Of a stretch of 30,063 nt of DNA, positions 26,333 through 30,063 are shown piece after piece. The DNA is from a virus (taxonomy: Duplodnaviria; Caudoviricetes): the IMG/VR virus record IMGVR_UViG_3300025015_000093, positions 1-30,063 of that record; one strand, 5' to 3'. The position numbers were made by a program, and so were the translations under genes. Positions within the stretch are counted from its first letter, which is position 1. Each line of letters opens with the position of its first letter. The notes beneath the pieces are model-generated. The model had not been told where the DNA came from and did no database searches. It saw nothing but the letters and a program-made list of their open reading frames with translations.

Positions 26333-26579
26333 TGTTCCGCACGAAAGCGGGCTTCAGTGGCGACAACTCGGACTGCGGAATGTGCGAGCCTCCCGCGTCA
26401 AGAAACGCGCAACCATACAGCAGGATGTCTCGCTGGATCGCAACGCGGTCCCGGTCCATGCGTTGTCGGATGTAGTCTTTCACCCGGCGCACGGCCCGCT
26501 TGACCGCACGTTCCCTCCGCTGCTTCGCGTAGAAGCGCATCCGCTTGAGCCAGCGCCGAGAACGGCCGCCTCGGGTCAT
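26295..26579 (-). CDS. Hypothetical basic protein (94 aa)
   Basis: ATGA overlap at 26576-26579; Arg/Lys-rich helix. Confidence 0.6.
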   Translation of the reverse strand: MTRGGRSRRWLKRMRFYAKQRRERAVKRAVRRVKDYIRQRMDRDRVAIQRDILLYGCAFLDAGGSHIPQSELSPLKPAFVRNIIAEKLANPSTG

Positions 26580-26929
26580 GTCCACGTTGCCACATCCTTG
26601 ATAACCGCCACCTTCTCGCCGCCCCTCCAGAACGCGATCTCGTTGCGCGGTGCGTCCGGGTCCGTGACCACGGGGTACATCGATCCGTTGCAGGTCCACA
26701 CCAACTGGGTCCGCGCCTCGATGGCGTAGATGGTCTTGCCGTCTTCTGACTTCGCCCACTCGGGTGTGTCTGGCGTCACCGCTGCCCTGTACACCTCGTA
26801 CACGCTCGTGTGCATGATGATGTGCGTGGCGCAGATGCCGCCGTTGTGAAGCGCGGTTTCGACGGCGCAGAGAGGGTGTAGATCGTGAGACAAGACCATC
26901 AGGCAGCCGCTGTTGTGGTACTCAATCAT
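26576..26929 (-). CDS. Hypothetical protein (117 aa)
   Basis: GGAGG RBS, ATGA overlaps. Confidence 0.7.
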   Translation of the reverse strand: MIEYHNSGCLMVLSHDLHPLCAVETALHNGGICATHIIMHTSVYEVYRAAVTPDTPEWAKSEDGKTIYAIEARTQLVWTCNGSMYPVVTDPDAPRNEIAFWRGGEKVAVIKDVATWT

Positions 26930-27369
26930 GGCTTCCTCCACCCCTCTGGCGTCCACTCCATATCCACGCCTCGGTTGCGGCAGCGGGCGGACGCGCAGCA
27001 CGATTCGAACGGGAAGCAGCACGTACAGTGGCCGCCCTCGGGGACGACTTCGGGCGCAGCGGCGTCCCCGATCTCGTCTTCGCCTTCGGGATCGTCGCTT
27101 TCGACCGTGACAATGCCGGGCGCGTTGTGTGAATCGACGACAACCCGCACTCTCGGCTGACCCGGCCGCGACTTCGCCAACTGGACCGCGGCGGCAACGT
27201 GCGGGAAGTCCTCGGGATGGACGCAAACCGTGGGCACACAACCGGGCGACACGGACAGAACCCGCGCGACGGTGCGCTCTATGTCGAGTCGGGCAACGTC
27301 AATGACGTGGGGTTCGTGGCCCGCAAGGTACATCATGGCCAGGCCGCTCAAGGGCTTGTCGTCGCTCAC
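26926..27369 (-). CDS. Hypothetical protein with Cys-rich C-terminus (147 aa)
   Basis: GGAGG RBS, GTGA overlap; HCTCCFPFESCCASARC. Confidence 0.7.
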   Translation of the reverse strand: MSDDKPLSGLAMMYLAGHEPHVIDVARLDIERTVARVLSVSPGCVPTVCVHPEDFPHVAAAVQLAKSRPGQPRVRVVVDSHNAPGIVTVESDDPEGEDEIGDAAAPEVVPEGGHCTCCFPFESCCASARCRNRGVDMEWTPEGWRKP

Positions 27370-27587
27370 GTACCCTCCTCCGCCAACTCCTCCGGTACGA
27401 TTGCCGCCTCCAGTTCGTCGAGTCTCGCCAGCACGTACTTGTCCCGCGCCACGCTCGCCTCTCGCCACAGGTCCAGCTTGCGCTCCACGACGGTACGGGT
27501 TGCCCCGGCGCGTCGCATCCACTCTCGGTCGGCGCGGCCCGTGGCGGTCAGGTACTCGTCGCGTAGCTTGGCAATCGCGGTCGTCAT
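27366..27587 (-). CDS. Hypothetical helical protein (73 aa)
   Basis: GGAGG RBS, ATGA overlap. Confidence 0.7.
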   Translation of the reverse strand: MTTAIAKLRDEYLTATGRADREWMRRAGATRTVVERKLDLWREASVARDKYVLARLDELEAAIVPEELAEEGT

Positions 27588-27979
27588 TGCAGCACCTCCA
27601 TCTTCTTCGCTGTCGCCGGGTCCACCACGGACAGCGACCGCATGTAGTCGCCTTCGGGAAACGTCGCATCGGCATCGAGAAACGCCTTCATCTCCACGTT
27701 CATCTTGTCGAGCGCGGCCTGCACCTCGGCGGGCACGGACGGCTCCAGCGGTTTCCCGTCCGCGTCCGTCAGTGCGGCCGGCGCGTAGTTCTCCGGTGTC
27801 AGCGCGTAGACGTGTGGCTGCGCGGCGATGCGGATGTTCATGTCGGCCTTGGCAACCCACACGTCGTTGCCGACCTTGACCGCCACCGTGGCGGTGTAAT
27901 TCGGATTGAGAATTCGCAGTCGCCGGTGGATTGCCTCCCACTCGGCCTTGAAGTCGGTCAGTGTCTTCTTCTGCTTCAT
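27584..27979 (-). CDS. Hypothetical protein (131 aa)
   Basis: AGGAG RBS, ATGA overlap. Confidence 0.75.
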   Translation of the reverse strand: MKQKKTLTDFKAEWEAIHRRLRILNPNYTATVAVKVGNDVWVAKADMNIRIAAQPHVYALTPENYAPAALTDADGKPLEPSVPAEVQAALDKMNVEMKAFLDADATFPEGDYMRSLSVVDPATAKKMEVLQ

Positions 27980-28341
27980 GGTTGTCTCCTGTATTGTCTG
28001 GGTGCTATTGGTTGGATACTCCAGTCCGGGTTCGTCGCACGCCTTGCCCACAGGCCGTCGCCGGTGTAGGCGTACTGGACTTCGCTCAGCGTCACCCTAT
28101 CACCCACCTTGGGCTCTTCCGTGAACGTGATCTCAAAGTGTCCGATGCCTTGCAGTTGTGCCGTGGTCACGATGGCGTTGTTTATGGGACACAGCACGCT
28201 CGGAACCATGCAGTACACTGGGCACTTCTCGGGCAACGGCCCGTCTCTGTACGGGCAGTCGGCCAGCGTGCGGGCCGTCACGACCTCCTTCCCCTTCTCC
28301 TGCGCCTGCTCGCTGGTGAACATCGGGTCGTTGTCAGTCAT
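27976..28341 (-). CDS. Hypothetical protein with four-Cys cluster (121 aa)
   Basis: GAGG RBS, ATGA overlap; CPY...CPVYC...LCP. Confidence 0.65.
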   Translation of the reverse strand: MTDNDPMFTSEQAQEKGKEVVTARTLADCPYRDGPLPEKCPVYCMVPSVLCPINNAIVTTAQLQGIGHFEITFTEEPKVGDRVTLSEVQYAYTGDGLWARRATNPDWSIQPIAPRQYRRQP

Positions 28342-28970
28342 GGCTTCCCCTCGCTCGCCTTGGGCAACATTCCGACTTCCCTTCCCGACACCACGCCCGG
28401 AGTCGCTACGCCGCACATGATTTCGGGAATCCTTGCCTCGAATCCTCCGTCGCAGGAAGTCACCGCCACCGGGACGGAATACGGCAGCGGCAGTCCGTGA
28501 TCGTCGAAGTAGTCATCCACGGCCGGCGCTGCCGAGATCCTCACCTCTAAGTGCGGCGCCTCCCCGATTGCGCAGTAGACCTTGGGCGTGTCACCGCAGA
28601 CCACTTTGCAGTCATCGGGCAGCCAAGGCTTCAGGGCGTCGTACAGCGCCTTCTCGATGTTGTCCTTGTCCGGCTTCCGGGGTGCCCACGAACGCCCGAC
28701 GCCGTGGACGTGGAGGCCCTTGTTGGGGCCGCGACCGTGGAGGCGAAGCAACTCCTTGGTCCGGGGGAACACCGCCACCACGTCGATCCGTAGCGGGCCG
28801 TCGAGTAGGACGCCTCCGAGTACAGGCGCTGCACAGGTGGCAATGGCGGCCATGTAGTTCTCGGTGTCCTTGTCCTTGAATGTGAAGAAGCCGGCGCGGC
28901 GTGGGTCGTGACGGACCACGCCCTTGCCACGGGGAACGACGGGGACCGTGAAGGTGTAACTACTCGTCAC
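28338..28970 (-). CDS. rusA: RusA-family Holliday junction resolvase with about 60-aa C-terminal extension
   Basis: TFTVPVVPRGK, LDGPLRIDVVAVFP, KPDKDNIEKALYDAL...DD catalytic signature, K.Y and LEVRI terminal strands; GGAGGAG RBS, GTG start. Confidence 0.9.
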   Translation of the reverse strand: MTSSYTFTVPVVPRGKGVVRHDPRRAGFFTFKDKDTENYMAAIATCAAPVLGGVLLDGPLRIDVVAVFPRTKELLRLHGRGPNKGLHVHGVGRSWAPRKPDKDNIEKALYDALKPWLPDDCKVVCGDTPKVYCAIGEAPHLEVRISAAPAVDDYFDDHGLPLPYSVPVAVTSCDGGFEARIPEIMCGVATPGVVSGREVGMLPKASEGKP

Positions 28971-29298
28971 GTTTCTCCTCCCACACCACCACGCCGTTCT
29001 CTCGATGGACCATTCGCATCCAAGGGCCGGGCAGGGATCGGCCGTGCATCATGGCGAAGAATATGCCGGAGTACTCCTCGCCCTCGATGAGATACATGTC
29101 GCAATTCGGAACGTAGTGGTTGCATCCGAACCAGCGCCGCACAAAACGCATTGGATCTGCGGCGAACCAGATCGGGTACAGCCAGCGCGGCACGATGCTG
29201 CCCTCCGTGCGTCCAGCGCGAAGGAACAGCCGGTAGAACAGCCATTCCCGCAGAGATAGGTCGAGCGTGTCGCTGTGGTTCGGTGGTCGGAACTTCAT
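28960..29298 (-). CDS. Hypothetical aromatic-rich protein (112 aa)
   Basis: AAGGA RBS, ATGA overlap. Confidence 0.7.
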   Translation of the reverse strand: MKFRPPNHSDTLDLSLREWLFYRLFLRAGRTEGSIVPRWLYPIWFAADPMRFVRRWFGCNHYVPNCDMYLIEGEEYSGIFFAMMHGRSLPGPWMRMVHRENGVVVWEEKRDE

Positions 29299-29561
29299 GG
29301 TGTATCCTTCATCAAGGCTTTGACTACTCGCAAAAACTGCGCGTCGCTCACGCGGGCGAGTTGAAAGAGCTTGGTGCCCACTCTCCACACGATGACGGGC
29401 TCTGTGCGAAGTGAGCCGCTTCCGGTCCTGTCTGTATCCAGGAAGACCCGGAGGTCAACCCCGGCCAGCATCCGGGGGTGGCGCCATTCCCGGTGGTCGT
29501 GCCTGTCGTCTCGGCGCCAACCCATACGACGCAAGGCACGCTCGACATTTCTACGGTTCAT
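29295..29561 (-). CDS. Hypothetical protein with HicA-like N-terminus (88 aa)
   Basis: GAGGAG upstream; MNRRNVERALRRMGW...HDHREWRHP resembles the HicA pattern helix-G(F/W)-...-H-xx-aromatic-xHP. Confidence 0.55.
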   Translation of the reverse strand: MNRRNVERALRRMGWRRDDRHDHREWRHPRMLAGVDLRVFLDTDRTGSGSLRTEPVIVWRVGTKLFQLARVSDAQFLRVVKALMKDTP

Positions 29562-29763
29562 CGTGGTCGCACTCCTCGCAACGGACACACGTGGTCATCT
29601 GGCAGCACGCGGGCCGCCGCTCCGTGTCGTTCTCGACTTCCTCTCGAGTTGGCCAGTCCCGGCGCGGGTCGGTCAGCCGCTCGACTTCGATGCGCTCGGC
29701 CGGCGTGAAGGGCGGATACACGTCGAATGGCGTGATGCCGGTGCGGTCGTCGTCACGTGTCAT
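29551..29763 (-). CDS. Hypothetical protein with C-terminal Cys cluster (70 aa)
   Basis: ATGA overlap; CCQMTTCVRCEEC. Confidence 0.6.
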   Translation of the reverse strand: MTRDDDRTGITPFDVYPPFTPAERIEVERLTDPRRDWPTREEVENDTERRPACCQMTTCVRCEECDHDEP

Positions 29764-29972
29764 GTGATGCTCTCTTCCTGGTGTTGGTCTTGAGCTTGAA
29801 GAAGGGCAAGAACGTTGTCCTTCCCGACGATATGGACCAGCTCGTCCAGCATGCCGCTATACCAGCCGGTCAGCCAGGCGTAGTTCTTCCCGTCATCCCC
29901 CAGACTGGCTTCATAGGCCGAAACTGATCCGACCCCGGTTGGGCGGCGCACGTACTCCTCCAGGCGACTCAT
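29760..29972 (-). CDS. Hypothetical protein (70 aa)
   Basis: GGAGG RBS, ATGA overlap. Confidence 0.7.
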   Translation of the reverse strand: MSRLEEYVRRPTGVGSVSAYEASLGDDGKNYAWLTGWYSGMLDELVHIVGKDNVLALLQAQDQHQEESIT

Positions 29973-30063
29973 GGCTCGTCCCTCCCGTCCGGCTCATCGA
30001 ACTCGCTCATGCAGTTGCCACCGCGCCGTTCGTGGGCTATCGCTGCGCGTAGCACGAAGGCTG
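29969..30063 (-). CDS. 3' end of a gene entering from the right edge (...AFVLRAAIAHERRGGNCMSEFDEPDGRDEP*)
   Basis: Frame open from the window edge to a TGA overlapping the next ATG. Confidence 0.5.
   Translation of the reverse strand, partial: AFVLRAAIAHERRGGNCMSEFDEPDGRDEP

Larger units (their letters stand above)
1..30063. mobile_element. Tailed phage or prophage segment (podovirus-like virion module plus small early/middle genes)
   Basis: Terminase, portal, capsid, adaptor/nozzle-like genes, very large internal proteins, holin-like genes and RusA; dense overlapping genes; no host housekeeping genes. No tail tube or tape-measure gene recognised. Free phage versus prophage cannot be decided here. 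Confidence 0.95.

Noticed and set aside
1-30063. tRNA, rRNA, CRISPR array, integrase/att site, intron or intein
   Set aside because: No spaced repeats, cloverleaf or recombinase/intein motifs seen by eye, and intergenic gaps are short. tRNAscan-SE and Infernal were not run.

Overview
The whole window reads as part of a high-GC tailed phage or prophage genome (Caudoviricetes) with a podovirus-like, P22/T7-type virion plan. No host genes, integrase, tRNA, rRNA or CRISPR array are visible. It has three blocks. (1) A leftward operon (1-2961) holds the terminase large subunit, transcribed divergently from the head genes out of back-to-back sigma70-like promoters at about 3026-3096. (2) A rightward structural region (3113-26150) runs: three small genes, portal, scaffold, major capsid, decoration/head-completion proteins, adaptor, nozzle, a short beta-helix spike and three large internal/ejection proteins. 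It continues with a separately promoted cassette (20.7-25.6 kb) of paralogous accessory virion proteins and two holin-like genes. (3) A leftward, ATGA-coupled string of small genes (26295-30063) includes a RusA resolvase. The most interesting points are the 20.7-25.6 kb cassette (domain-shuffled paralogs with conserved N-terminal GE.KTGQ and C-terminal YQADRIAT tags under apparent purifying selection), a HicA-like gene near a RusA with a HicB-like tail, the inverted terminase with a deviant Walker A, and a TAG-versus-TGA stop-codon split between blocks. All product calls come from motif recognition and synteny; no database search was run.
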